A DNA stretch of 64,000 bases from positions 5,828-69,827 of the IMG/VR virus record IMGVR_UViG_3300028800_000087; one strand, 5' to 3'. Every line of letters begins with the position of its first letter. Position 1 is the stretch's first letter. This document shows positions 44,516 to 54,343 of the stretch, in pieces. Below the pieces are notes generated by a model that worked only from the letters and a program-made list of their open reading frames with translations, made no database searches and was not told where the DNA came from. The position numbers were made by a program, and so were the translations under genes. This stretch comes from a virus.

Positions 44516-45034
44516 TTATACCTCTCCTTTGGGTGCGCGGTATCGGACAGTATGTTCTGGCTGGTTGTAGGAGCCGGCAAGTCGATCGATCTGTTCAGCC
44601 AGTTGATTGCGCGTCACCATGATTGCGAGCATGTTGGCGCGGTCAACTGCGGCAGCCTTGCGGTCATCTTCAAACTTGACTTGTAGGCCCTCCAACGCCC
44701 GCCATATACGGTCGTCGGTTTTATCCCGTTGACTTAGCGCCTCGTTGCGTAGGCTATCCAGCTTTGTTTCAAGCTGTCGCATGGCGTTGGTGATCGCCAT
44801 CGCAGCCTCCTTGTTGCCCGCCTCTACCCGATCTCGGGCCGTATCCAAATCACGACGAAAGGTTTCATCCATTTTATCGAGCCTCCCATGTAGGGCGCGC
44901 TCAACCCGGTCGATCCTTGCATGGGTGTAAACCATGATGCCGCCCAGAATACCAGCCAGGACAGCGGCGGCCCAATCGATGATAGAGGTTAAAACTTGGA
45001 ACCATGAGCCAGGGTCTTCTGGTCCGGTCGCCAT
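44516..45034 (-). CDS. Membrane-anchored coiled-coil protein (lysis module candidate)
   Basis: N-terminal TM WAAAVLAGILGGIMVY followed by a coiled coil. Confidence 0.6.
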   Translation of the reverse strand: MATGPEDPGSWFQVLTSIIDWAAAVLAGILGGIMVYTHARIDRVERALHGRLDKMDETFRRDLDTARDRVEAGNKEAAMAITNAMRQLETKLDSLRNEALSQRDKTDDRIWRALEGLQVKFEDDRKAAAVDRANMLAIMVTRNQLAEQIDRLAGSYNQPEHTVRYRAPKGEV

Positions 45035-45040
45035 GATGAA

Positions 45041-45766
45041 TTATGCGACCCCAACTTTTAGTACCGTATTCAAGAATCCTTTTATTGATCCATAGAGCGT
45101 CTGAAGCGCGGTCAGGTTCAGCGCCTGCCCTTGTATAATGGCCTCAAAGTTAGCGCTTGGATGCAAGCCCGATACCGGGCGCCCACCATTGACGCCCGCG
45201 AAGATATCAACGGGGTCGGTGTTGTTGGCCAGATTTTCCGTAGCGGTTACTGAGGCCCCTGATGCCACATCAAACAGGGTAGCCAGTTGCCCATTGCCGC
45301 CCCCTGACATCGCATACATGCGAGGCACCCGCGTATCAGGAACCGTCAGGGTTGTTGGGAACAAATTGCCAACGCCACCAAAGATTGTCGGCTGATTGGA
45401 GTTGCCGGCGAGGGCTTGGTTGAGAAGGAAGTAGCGCTGCTGACAGCCCATCAGGAAGTTGGTGGTCCCTGCACCCGGCCCCTTGCCTACGAATATCATG
45501 GTCCAGGGTTGGGAATTATCAGCTTGCAGTGCAATTTGGGTGGAATAACCGGCTCCGGTGGTTCCAGTTGTCCCAACAATGGCGTTGGAAGTAATTGTTG
45601 GGGCGGAGCAGCCTGCGGGGACAACGAGCGCCGGCTGGCCTACGATCTGATTCTGCCCTAAGCCTGTTCCAAAGAACACCCAGGAGACCGATCCAATGGG
45701 GAGGTCAGGAAAAGTGACCGGAGACAGCGGGAATATATCATCCCCAAGACGTTTCTGACTTGCCAT
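45041..45766 (-). CDS. Tail-associated beta-sandwich protein (putative)
   Basis: 241 aa, G/T/N-rich; follows the spike gene. Confidence 0.55.
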   Translation of the reverse strand: MASQKRLGDDIFPLSPVTFPDLPIGSVSWVFFGTGLGQNQIVGQPALVVPAGCSAPTITSNAIVGTTGTTGAGYSTQIALQADNSQPWTMIFVGKGPGAGTTNFLMGCQQRYFLLNQALAGNSNQPTIFGGVGNLFPTTLTVPDTRVPRMYAMSGGGNGQLATLFDVASGASVTATENLANNTDPVDIFAGVNGGRPVSGLHPSANFEAIIQGQALNLTALQTLYGSIKGFLNTVLKVGVA

Positions 45767-45778
45767 GCGTATTGCCCC

Positions 45779-48700
45779 TTATGCAGAGAAGTCCTGAACA
45801 GCAATGACCGGACGCCCGATCAGTTCCCCCCATCGGCTGCTGGGGTGAGCTGGCGACCCGCCGAAAGCCAGATCGGCATTGGTATCCTGAATGCCCCGCG
45901 CTTCCCACACCGTTAGGCTAGGGGTAAAGGGCATGATGGCGTCCACCCAGCAGCGATCCAGGGTCAGCGTTGCTGAAACGGCCGGGGTAAGCAGCGGATT
46001 AAAGTAACCGCCAAATCGCTCTATCACCCCACTATAGGCCACCGGAACCTCATTCATAGTTGATGCATGGGAACCGATAGCATAGCGCACGATGACCTGA
46101 TCGCCTTTGAACGAAAAGCCAATCCACGCACCGGGGTTGGTATCGGTTGTGACCGCAATGCCGGTATCGGTCTCGGGGAGGCTGATGCGCCCAACAAACA
46201 CATCCAGCGTCAAACCTCCGCTGAGATCGCGCGGGAATGGATCGGCCAGCGTGACATGCTGCGCATCGGTATAGCCGGTGATTTTAGTCCGGAACGCGGT
46301 GCCGTCGCTGAAGAAGAAAACGATATCACTCTGCGCTGTGGCATCAAACGGAACAAACTGATGCGCTCCGATGGTAATTGTTTCCGTCACCCCCAAAGTA
46401 TCAATGGTGTTGTTGGGGACATCGCCCATCCATGCGACTTGATCCGATGCATGTTCCCGCAGGAAGAACCGCTGCAACGATTGGTTGTAGCCGCCATTTG
46501 GGACAAGGATCGATTTGAAGTCGGTCGTGGAGTCAAACGGTCCCGATCCTGATACGGGGGTAGCGACTATGTATCGATAGTTGGTGCGCCCGCCTAGGAC
46601 GATACTGCCATTAAAAGTGACGGTAGGGGCCGCAACAGCAAGGCTTGTGCTGCCAAGACCAATGGTGCATGGGGTCGATATGCGCATGCCCCAGGTCTGG
46701 GCGTAAACCGTCAGATGACCGGCGGCATTGCATCCGATCCGGAAGATATTCTCCTGTTGAGTGCTAACCTGGAAGTCGAACTGTTGACCGCCAGCCCAAC
46801 CAGCCGCGCCGGTTGACCCAGGCAGGTTAATGTTGCCACCAAAGTCTCGGCATCGGCAGGGCCAGGAAAGGGGCAAGGTCGGGCTTATAGTGGCGCTGAA
46901 AGACGGCAGCCGCCGTTCCCAACGTCGGATGGCATCAAATCCCCAGGTAGTTTGTTGCTGGGTGGATGCAAACTCCATCACGCCAAACTTTAGTTTCTTG
47001 CCAAGGCTGCGGATCACCCCATTACCGTATTCATCACCAGCCAGTTCCGTCGCCTGACCGGGGACGGAACTTATGCCGAAGGCATGGATGAAGTCGGTCA
47101 TCAACACAACATCGGTGGGTGGCCCGCTGCCATGCGTTATGGCCCTGATCTGATTGATGACCGACATCACATCCAGCGGATGGAAGTTAAAGTCATCATT
47201 TCCCTGCGACATCATAATCAGCACGCCATCAGGCGCCAGCGGCAGGATGAAGTCGCGCAACCAATTTTTCGATGTATCAGTCATCCAGAAGTATTGCTGG
47301 TCCTGATTAGCCGCGATACTGGCAATCGACCCGGCGTAGTTGAGACGGCTCCATGTCCCGCCACCCCAACCGCGCAAGATGAAATTGATAGTTTTGTCCG
47401 GGTTCTGCGCTCGGATATATTCCATCAACAATGCGGCGCGACCCCACATCGGGGACTGCCGCTGCGGGTCCATCTCCGAGAGGCTGTCGCCAGTAAGGAC
47501 AAAGGTATAGGTCGATAGGCTGGCGAGCCGGGGCAACTGCTTCCATCCCACGATGCCCTTGACCGGCGGGAGCGGAGGGGATGATCCAACCGGGCTTGGC
47601 TGGCGAGGATAAGGCTGCCCGCCACCATCAATTGTCAGCGCCTCAACATTGTCCCCCATCCAAATAGTATTGTTGAGTGCAATGGTAGGGTCAACGCTCG
47701 TCTGGCCGTTGAAAAGTGGGGTCCAGGCGTCGCCAATGATAAGCGAGTTCAAAAGGAACTTCTTACCATTGCCCCGGAAGTATAGGAACCGGGCATTGGC
47801 CGCCGCCGCAGCCTGACCGGACAGCGCAACCGCTGCGCTGTCATCCGTCCCCCAGGCCGTCCTGTAAGCAGTGCCAGCCTGACTTGCCAACGGGAAAGCC
47901 AGACTAACCGTGATCTGGTTGGGCGCTGTTACCGCACTAATGCTGGCCATATAAGCATTCTGGCCATAGGTCAGCGTCGCATCGATAACGCGCGCAAGCG
48001 TGATCGGGGCGCGGTAGATGCGGGGGTAGGCGCCATCAATGTAAAGAGTCTTGCCTACATCCTGGGGAGCGCGCCAGCATGGCCAAAGAAGGTTGATGTT
48101 GGCGTTGGTGAGCGGGGTTATGCTGGCGGCAGAAACAATCATGTTCTGGCCATCAACATATTGAAGCATCAGCGCCACTAGATCAGCGCTGGCGGGTCCT
48201 CCTCCGGGGACATGAATATATCCCCCCACATCATCCGGTTGGAATGCAACGCCGGACCCATAGGTTGCCCCCACAAGGGTGACCAGGGCCGTCCCCGAGG
48301 CTGCGCCCGCCGCAAGCGTTGTCGATCCAGAATACCGATAGGCGGTTACCGTTGTGCCTGATGCGCTGAAAGTCAGATAGAGGAAGCTCCTTTGCATATC
48401 GCCAACCGCGCCATACGTAGGATCGGTTACATCGATAGCATTCGACGGCGCAGGCGCGGAAGATATTCCAGAGCTTAGAGAGCCGGTGACCACCAGATTG
48501 CCGATAAAGTACCAGCTATCCTTGCCGGGAAAATAGAACATCCCGACCTTGTCATTCACATCCCCAATATTCCAACTTATTGGCAGGGATAGGGGCAATG
48601 GCCCATCTTGATCATCTGATATGGTGATCGCAGTTGCGCTTATAGGGTTTTCAAACGAGGCATCAATCAGATATGCTTGATTGACCCACAACACCCCAGC

Positions 48701-49306
48701 TCCAAGCGGGTGCTGCGCGTTGGTGATACCATATGATATATTTGCCGGGGAGCTGGAATCCGTCACATAGTAACCATATCCAGGGATGGGCGGGGATAGC
48801 ACCGCGCGGTTCTCTGTGCCATCAGCAGTACCGAGCTTTGTTTGTCCGGTGGTAAAGCCGGCGGTGACCTGGACATTATCAGCAAACTGAACCGCCATCG
48901 TGCCGAAGCCAGATGAAATCTGGACGCGCTGCCAGATGGTGCCAGAGTTGACAATCCAATCGCCGGCAAGCCAAGTCGTCAGGCCATCGATCGCGGCGGA
49001 AGTCCCGCTGTTGTTGACTACGAAAAAGTCGTTCTTTGAGCCGCCAACGCCCCCCGAAAACAAGGATGGTCCCGCGCTTCCATTAAGCAGGATGGAGGTA
49101 TTGGCGACCGGATTCCAAGAGCCAAGCCGGTTGAAAGTAATGGTCGGATTGAGGATATTCTCGCCGGAGGGGACCGCCACGCCGTTGACATAAAGCTGCC
49201 CTGAAATATTTACATCGCCATCCTGCATGCCCCCAGGAACCGGGGCCGGATCGCCAACAACAGTCTGCCGAAGCCTGGGGGCGGGAAAATCTGCTACGTC
49301 CGTCAT
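45779..49306 (-). CDS. Tail spike/receptor-binding protein with SGNH/GDSL esterase-like domain
   Basis: About 1175 aa; IDVTDPTYGAVGD tailspike motif; GDSL, GWGG, GNDD and terminal HP blocks. Confidence 0.75.
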   Translation of the reverse strand: MTDVADFPAPRLRQTVVGDPAPVPGGMQDGDVNISGQLYVNGVAVPSGENILNPTITFNRLGSWNPVANTSILLNGSAGPSLFSGGVGGSKNDFFVVNNSGTSAAIDGLTTWLAGDWIVNSGTIWQRVQISSGFGTMAVQFADNVQVTAGFTTGQTKLGTADGTENRAVLSPPIPGYGYYVTDSSSPANISYGITNAQHPLGAGVLWVNQAYLIDASFENPISATAITISDDQDGPLPLSLPISWNIGDVNDKVGMFYFPGKDSWYFIGNLVVTGSLSSGISSAPAPSNAIDVTDPTYGAVGDMQRSFLYLTFSASGTTVTAYRYSGSTTLAAGAASGTALVTLVGATYGSGVAFQPDDVGGYIHVPGGGPASADLVALMLQYVDGQNMIVSAASITPLTNANINLLWPCWRAPQDVGKTLYIDGAYPRIYRAPITLARVIDATLTYGQNAYMASISAVTAPNQITVSLAFPLASQAGTAYRTAWGTDDSAAVALSGQAAAAANARFLYFRGNGKKFLLNSLIIGDAWTPLFNGQTSVDPTIALNNTIWMGDNVEALTIDGGGQPYPRQPSPVGSSPPLPPVKGIVGWKQLPRLASLSTYTFVLTGDSLSEMDPQRQSPMWGRAALLMEYIRAQNPDKTINFILRGWGGGTWSRLNYAGSIASIAANQDQQYFWMTDTSKNWLRDFILPLAPDGVLIMMSQGNDDFNFHPLDVMSVINQIRAITHGSGPPTDVVLMTDFIHAFGISSVPGQATELAGDEYGNGVIRSLGKKLKFGVMEFASTQQQTTWGFDAIRRWERRLPSFSATISPTLPLSWPCRCRDFGGNINLPGSTGAAGWAGGQQFDFQVSTQQENIFRIGCNAAGHLTVYAQTWGMRISTPCTIGLGSTSLAVAAPTVTFNGSIVLGGRTNYRYIVATPVSGSGPFDSTTDFKSILVPNGGYNQSLQRFFLREHASDQVAWMGDVPNNTIDTLGVTETITIGAHQFVPFDATAQSDIVFFFSDGTAFRTKITGYTDAQHVTLADPFPRDLSGGLTLDVFVGRISLPETDTGIAVTTDTNPGAWIGFSFKGDQVIVRYAIGSHASTMNEVPVAYSGVIERFGGYFNPLLTPAVSATLTLDRCWVDAIMPFTPSLTVWEARGIQDTNADLAFGGSPAHPSSRWGELIGRPVIAVQDFSA

Positions 49307-49316
49307 TGCGTTTCCC

Positions 49317-50204
49317 TTAGTAGAGTAAGATTGCGCCAGGAGCCCCCAAGCCGCCGGTGCCGGCAGTGCTGGCAGTCGAACCGGCGCCAGACCCCCCAGC
49401 ACCATAGCCAGTGCTATCTGCCGCGCTGCCATTAGTGCCAGGAGTCCCGCCGTTGCCCCAGAATCCTTTACCTTGCGCGCCAGTCCCGGCAGAGCCAGTC
49501 AGACCCGTATTCATTTGAGTAACCCCAATAATGAATACGCTGGTTGTTGGGATCAGCGAAGTCCCACTGACCATCGTATTAAAGCCGGCGCCAGTAGCGC
49601 CAGTGACTACAATGCCCGCGTTGCCTGACGTAGAACCTTGTCCGCCTAGACCGCCTTTAGCGGTTAGCGTTCCGAAAGTTGTATCGCCACCCGTTCCGCC
49701 CGTTCCGCCCGTATTTGCTCCGCGCGCCCCGCCTGCCCCATTTGCATATGCGATAACTTGTCCGGGTGTAACCACCATTACGAACGAAATCAAAACTCCT
49801 GCCAAACCATTCCCGGCTGTAGCTGCCGCCGCTGATACACCGCCGCCGCCGCCACCCGCTCCGGTCATGGCGCCGCGCAGTCTGGTAACGCCCGCCGGAA
49901 CGGTGAAACTGCCGCTGGTAGCAGTCAACAGTTGCGGGGACGCCAGGGAGACGATGGCTGCGCCGGTCACCCGCCCCTTGGAGTCAACAGTCAGGCCGTT
50001 ATAGGTGCCGGCGGCAACGCCGGTGGTGCTTAGGACTGCGCTAATAGTTCCAACATTGTTGAGGCCGGTCACATCGCCAACCAACTCAATGACGCCACCC
50101 TCAACCGGAGTAACCGCGCCAAGGATCGCAACGCCAAAAGCATTCAGATCATCGGCGGTGATGGTCTGCCCTGGCTGAAAGAACGCTCCAATAGAACCTG
50201 ACAT
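49317..50204 (-). CDS. Glycine-rich tail fibre protein
   Basis: TVDSKGRVT, FTVPAGVT, GAGGGGGG and GYGAGGSG motifs. Confidence 0.8.
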   Translation of the reverse strand: MSGSIGAFFQPGQTITADDLNAFGVAILGAVTPVEGGVIELVGDVTGLNNVGTISAVLSTTGVAAGTYNGLTVDSKGRVTGAAIVSLASPQLLTATSGSFTVPAGVTRLRGAMTGAGGGGGGVSAAAATAGNGLAGVLISFVMVVTPGQVIAYANGAGGARGANTGGTGGTGGDTTFGTLTAKGGLGGQGSTSGNAGIVVTGATGAGFNTMVSGTSLIPTTSVFIIGVTQMNTGLTGSAGTGAQGKGFWGNGGTPGTNGSAADSTGYGAGGSGAGSTASTAGTGGLGAPGAILLY

Positions 50205-50216
50205 CAGCGGCGCTCC

Positions 50217-51284
50217 TTATGCATACTGTCCGCCCGATGCGACGGACCCGGCGCTGCCGCCCGGGAAGTAGGTGCCGCCACCACCATTGGTATTTATCAC
50301 GCCGTTAATCTGCGCCAGATAGCGCGGGCCGGTTGCAGCGCCGGAATAGGGCGATGTGTTTTGAACGGATTGGATGGCACCAACAGCGGAGGCGATGGCA
50401 AAAGCAGTACTAAAAGCGGGCGTCCCGGTTAGAGTGACCGTGTTTCCGCTGGCAACGTTGATGCTGCCCCCGGTCTGCGCGAACAGATGGGATGCGCCCC
50501 CGCCGGTGATAGTGTAAGGACTGGTGCCGGCCTGAATAACGCCAGAGCTGCTTGCCACAAGCTGATTGCCGCCGGACGATCCAAAGGTTGTGGCCTGACC
50601 AACCGTAAAGATTGATCCGCTCTCCGATCGGACGGTATCAAAGCCGGTACCGGAAGTCATGGTCAGCCCTTGGGTCTGAACCTTGGCCCCCTGTGCGCAA
50701 TCGATTGTGACCGCCCCTGTGGTTTGCAGGATAACGGTGCCAGGGGAGGAGACATTGCCCAGCAGGGTGATAGGATTACCGAATACCCCGGGGGCCGGGC
50801 CGTTAGCAAGAAGCAGCGATGAGCCGGTTGCCGCATAGGTCCCCGCCGCAATGTTTATGAAGACATTGAAGCCGTTGACATCATAAGCAGCCTGCACATA
50901 GTTGTATGCATGCTGGATGGTCAGGAACGGCGAGCCGATGGTGAGACCGGTGTTGAGACTATCGCTCCCGGTTGTTGCCACATAGATATTCAGATCGGCA
51001 ACCAGCTTAATACGCTGAAGCTGGTTCAATGCTGCAATAAACAACGCCTCAAGCGTTGCGGTTGTGCCATCATCAACCGCGTTCTGTCCGGTTCGATCAA
51101 CGATGAACTGCGCGATCATGCTGGAAATAATCGATGCCTGCCTGATTGGCTTGTTGATCCAGGCCGAGGGCAGGATGCCGCTGGTCCAGCCAGTCGATAG
51201 CCAGGACTGAACCGCGTAGAGCGCCTGACTGATGACATTTGCCCCGCCTGCGCCGGCAAACACCTTGAAGTCATTTGTTGGCAT
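50217..51284 (-). CDS. Tail fibre protein
   Basis: MPTNDFK.FA...ANV.SQ, NK.IRQAS and YVATTGSD...PFLTIQ.A motifs. Confidence 0.82.
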   Translation of the reverse strand: MPTNDFKVFAGAGGANVISQALYAVQSWLSTGWTSGILPSAWINKPIRQASIISSMIAQFIVDRTGQNAVDDGTTATLEALFIAALNQLQRIKLVADLNIYVATTGSDSLNTGLTIGSPFLTIQHAYNYVQAAYDVNGFNVFINIAAGTYAATGSSLLLANGPAPGVFGNPITLLGNVSSPGTVILQTTGAVTIDCAQGAKVQTQGLTMTSGTGFDTVRSESGSIFTVGQATTFGSSGGNQLVASSSGVIQAGTSPYTITGGGASHLFAQTGGSINVASGNTVTLTGTPAFSTAFAIASAVGAIQSVQNTSPYSGAATGPRYLAQINGVINTNGGGGTYFPGGSAGSVASGGQYA

Positions 51285-51294
51285 TTATCGTTCC

Positions 51295-51987
51295 TCAGGT
51301 TGGCATATCTATTTCAAGCGCGCCGACATCCAGCCCGCTCACATATTGGTTCTCAACGTCAAGGCCAAAGATCGGGGCACTGGGCACGGAGGTCACAAAG
51401 TAAAACGCCTCAATCCCTGCTGGCTTTAAGTTGAGCAATCCCTGCGAAAGTAGCGCCATGTAGACCGGCGGCGGGACAACGCCTGAGATCGCAAAGAACA
51501 TGCTCAGGTCACAGTTGTCCTGAATGAAGATGTTTGAACCCGGCGAGACGTTATCAAATAGCTCTTGCAGCGCCACCACAGCACCAGCAACCGTCCCGTC
51601 CCAACTGTTGGCGATGATCTTGGCCTTGATCAGGAACCGATAGGTCGCATCGTTAAGGCTTACAAGGCCCTCCAACGGGTCAAACGGTCCCAGGAGATAG
51701 CCTTGATCCAGTCCCAGGCCCTCGATGTCCAGCGAGAAGTAAACGTTGGTTAGCGGAACCGCGATCGTCCGGCTGATCCCAACCCACTCGCCAATGGTGT
51801 CAAGCTGATCACCAACCGCGACATCGACATCGAACAGCGCCGGCATCGATAATGCCGCATTGGCCTGATCGACCATCGGCTGACAGGACAGCGCAACGGT
51901 TGCAACGAACTTGGGCTTCTGATTATGCTCAGAGGTGATCAACCCGAGATAGCTGTCAAGGATCACCGGGCCATTGGGGGCCGCCAT
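51295..51987 (-). CDS. Baseplate wedge protein (DUF2612-like)
   Basis: ITSEH..KPKF, AVGDQLD.IGEWVG.SR and N.WDGT motifs. Confidence 0.85.
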   Translation of the reverse strand: MAAPNGPVILDSYLGLITSEHNQKPKFVATVALSCQPMVDQANAALSMPALFDVDVAVGDQLDTIGEWVGISRTIAVPLTNVYFSLDIEGLGLDQGYLLGPFDPLEGLVSLNDATYRFLIKAKIIANSWDGTVAGAVVALQELFDNVSPGSNIFIQDNCDLSMFFAISGVVPPPVYMALLSQGLLNLKPAGIEAFYFVTSVPSAPIFGLDVENQYVSGLDVGALEIDMPT

Positions 51988-53201
51988 TATAGCACCGTAA
52001 GGGTCACTGTTCCGGCAACGGCAATACTGTCAAAGCCGATGCCGATGTCAACGGTACCCGGACTGGCGGGATGGATGGCAGCCTTGACCGTCCCCACGTT
52101 CAGGTCATAGGTCAAGGCATCATCGGGGCTGGCCGGGCTGGCGCTGGGACCTGATAGCAGGGCCGGAGCATAGAGCCGGCTGATCAGGACATCATCACCG
52201 GCGGTCAGCGTGTTGATGTAGGTCGTCATGGCGTTTACAATTTCATCGCCGATTGCGCTCTGATAGTTGTCCAGCGCGGTGATCGTCAGACTGGTGTCGA
52301 TGGTCTGCTGCTGCGGGATGCTGAAATTGATGGCATGGTCAATCCCATAGGCATCCACATAGATGCCTGATGTATTGCCATAGGTCTGCGTTCCGGGCGG
52401 CTTCTTTAAGCCGATGGCGTTCACTATGGACTGGATGCTGCCGCCCTGGACAACGATGGCAAACGAGTGGGGCGGCAATCCATCGAGGTCCGTTGTCCCC
52501 TCATCGTTCTCCAACGCCTTGACGCTTTGCACGCCCGTTACATTGGCAACAGCGCCCGCAATGGCGGACAGGGCATCTTGCGCCGGCAGGTTGGTTGAGA
52601 TGCGCTGGCGCGCGCGTAACTGGGCGTCGTTCTCGGATGGGGCGCCTAGGGTCGCGGCCTCGGGGTTATCGGATGCCTGCCAGCCGGCCACAGGGGTTAG
52701 GATGTTGACCAGGGTATGCGCGCTGGCTGGGATTGCGCCGGGCGTTGTGCAGGTGCCGGTGACCGTTATCGACCCGCCGCCTGGGATTGTGATCGTCCCC
52801 GGCATCAGCCATTGGGTGTTAAGGTTCTGGTTATCCCCGACAATCCCGTTGACGATGCCCTTGCCCGCTTGGCCGGTCAGGGTGATGGGGGCGGTGCTGC
52901 GGGTCGGGACATCGCGGTTGATGCCGTTAATTTTCACGTTGATGCTGAGGCCGGCGCCCTGCGCTGTTGCTGGCGACTGGTTCTGATAGGTCGCAACGAT
53001 GGCCATGTTTTCATCGTTGATGGCCTTGGCCTGGATCGCGATCCATTGGCCGTCCTGGGTGTCGGGGGTCAGGACCGCATCGGAACCGTAGACCTGCTGA
53101 TAGGATGCCTGCAAGGATAGCAGCACATCCTCAAAGCTGGGGATGGTGATCCCGCTGGCATCGATCGTCGGAGCGAGGGTGGGTAGCGGATAGGTTGTCA
53201 T
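51987..53201 (-). CDS. Baseplate J-like protein
   Basis: DGQWI, GA..ENDAQLRARQ, LPPHS and KKPPG..TYG motifs. Confidence 0.88.
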   Translation of the reverse strand: MTTYPLPTLAPTIDASGITIPSFEDVLLSLQASYQQVYGSDAVLTPDTQDGQWIAIQAKAINDENMAIVATYQNQSPATAQGAGLSINVKINGINRDVPTRSTAPITLTGQAGKGIVNGIVGDNQNLNTQWLMPGTITIPGGGSITVTGTCTTPGAIPASAHTLVNILTPVAGWQASDNPEAATLGAPSENDAQLRARQRISTNLPAQDALSAIAGAVANVTGVQSVKALENDEGTTDLDGLPPHSFAIVVQGGSIQSIVNAIGLKKPPGTQTYGNTSGIYVDAYGIDHAINFSIPQQQTIDTSLTITALDNYQSAIGDEIVNAMTTYINTLTAGDDVLISRLYAPALLSGPSASPASPDDALTYDLNVGTVKAAIHPASPGTVDIGIGFDSIAVAGTVTLTVL

Positions 53202-53644
53202 CCGAGGATGATGCTCCCGAGGGCGTTGCGGCCGTCTAGGTTGAGGACCAGGACCGGCAGGGCCGCTGGGGCGCCGCCCGATATGCCGGGCTGGCCGGGT
53301 GGCCCAAGCGATACTTGACCGAACTGGGTGGTCAGCGTCGCCTGGATGGTCAGGACGCGGGTCTCGCCATCCAGGCTTGAGGAATAGCTATCGAGCTGGA
53401 TGACGCCTGGGGTGCCCAGCAGGACCGCCTGGATCGCAGCGTCATAGAGCGGCTGCGTATGGCTGCCGAGTATCTGGGTCGGATATGGCGTCCCCTGGGT
53501 CGTGTCCAGAAACCATTCGCCCTCCCATAGCAGCAGGCGGGTCTGGCAAAGCTGGCGGACGGCAGCGGGGCTATTGATGAGGAAATTGGCGCCGGACCCG
53601 CCGAACGTCATGTCCCCATTGGCATCCATCGTCCTGACGCGCAT
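53198..53644 (-). CDS. Baseplate wedge/sheath initiator protein
   Basis: MRVR.MD.NGD.TFG, TRL.LW.GEWFLDT..G.PY and L.TPGV motifs. Confidence 0.8.
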   Translation of the reverse strand: MRVRTMDANGDMTFGGSGANFLINSPAAVRQLCQTRLLLWEGEWFLDTTQGTPYPTQILGSHTQPLYDAAIQAVLLGTPGVIQLDSYSSSLDGETRVLTIQATLTTQFGQVSLGPPGQPGISGGAPAALPVLVLNLDGRNALGSIILG

Positions 53645-53653
53645 GGGTAAATC

Positions 53654-54343
53654 CTATGAGTTGGGGATCGGGGGCGTTGTAGCCTGCTCGCTGTCCCCAT
53701 GACTATCGGCCGGCTGATTGTGGTCATGTGTCAACAGCCCAACGGTTGCGCCGCTATCAGCGCCGGCTGTGATCTCGCCCGTCACAAACAGGTCGCCAAA
53801 TATCTTGACCTGATCGGATACGTGGATGTTGACGAAGCCGGTCGCCTTGTCGATCTCGATGTAGTTGGTCCCGGCATCATCCCTAAGCTGGACCGTTGTT
53901 GTGGATATGCCGGACAGCTTGCGCGGGACCGATCGGAAGCCGGGGATCGCAAAGCCATCGGACAGATCATGCGCGCGGAAGTCAATCGCATTGCCGACCC
54001 CGCCATTCTGCCACCAAGCATCGATGCAGCGCGAACCGAAGACAACCAAGACCTCATCGCCATCCGCGATCGGCATGGTCAGGTTATAGCCGCCGCCGCC
54101 TGGGAACTGGACCGGAACCTTGATGAGCTGCGGCAGTTGAACCCATTGCTGGACCTGCTTGCCAGTCTTGGGATCAACGACAAGGATCAGGGACCGGATT
54201 GCGGGGGTGCAGGATATGGTCTGATCCGCCCCGATGCCGCCATTGACCAGGGCCGGGGTTGCCGTCCAGATGCCACGCTGCCAGCCTTGCAGGGCTTGCT
54301 TGAGGCCGGCTGTATGATCGGCAGAGCGTTCTTTCTGGTCCAT
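53654..54343 (-). CDS. Baseplate central spike (Gp138-like)
   Basis: VPVQFP.GGG, GDE.LVVF..RCID.WW, HDLSDGFAIPG and C-terminal H.H motifs. Confidence 0.85.
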   Translation of the reverse strand: MDQKERSADHTAGLKQALQGWQRGIWTATPALVNGGIGADQTISCTPAIRSLILVVDPKTGKQVQQWVQLPQLIKVPVQFPGGGGYNLTMPIADGDEVLVVFGSRCIDAWWQNGGVGNAIDFRAHDLSDGFAIPGFRSVPRKLSGISTTTVQLRDDAGTNYIEIDKATGFVNIHVSDQVKIFGDLFVTGEITAGADSGATVGLLTHDHNQPADSHGDSEQATTPPIPNS

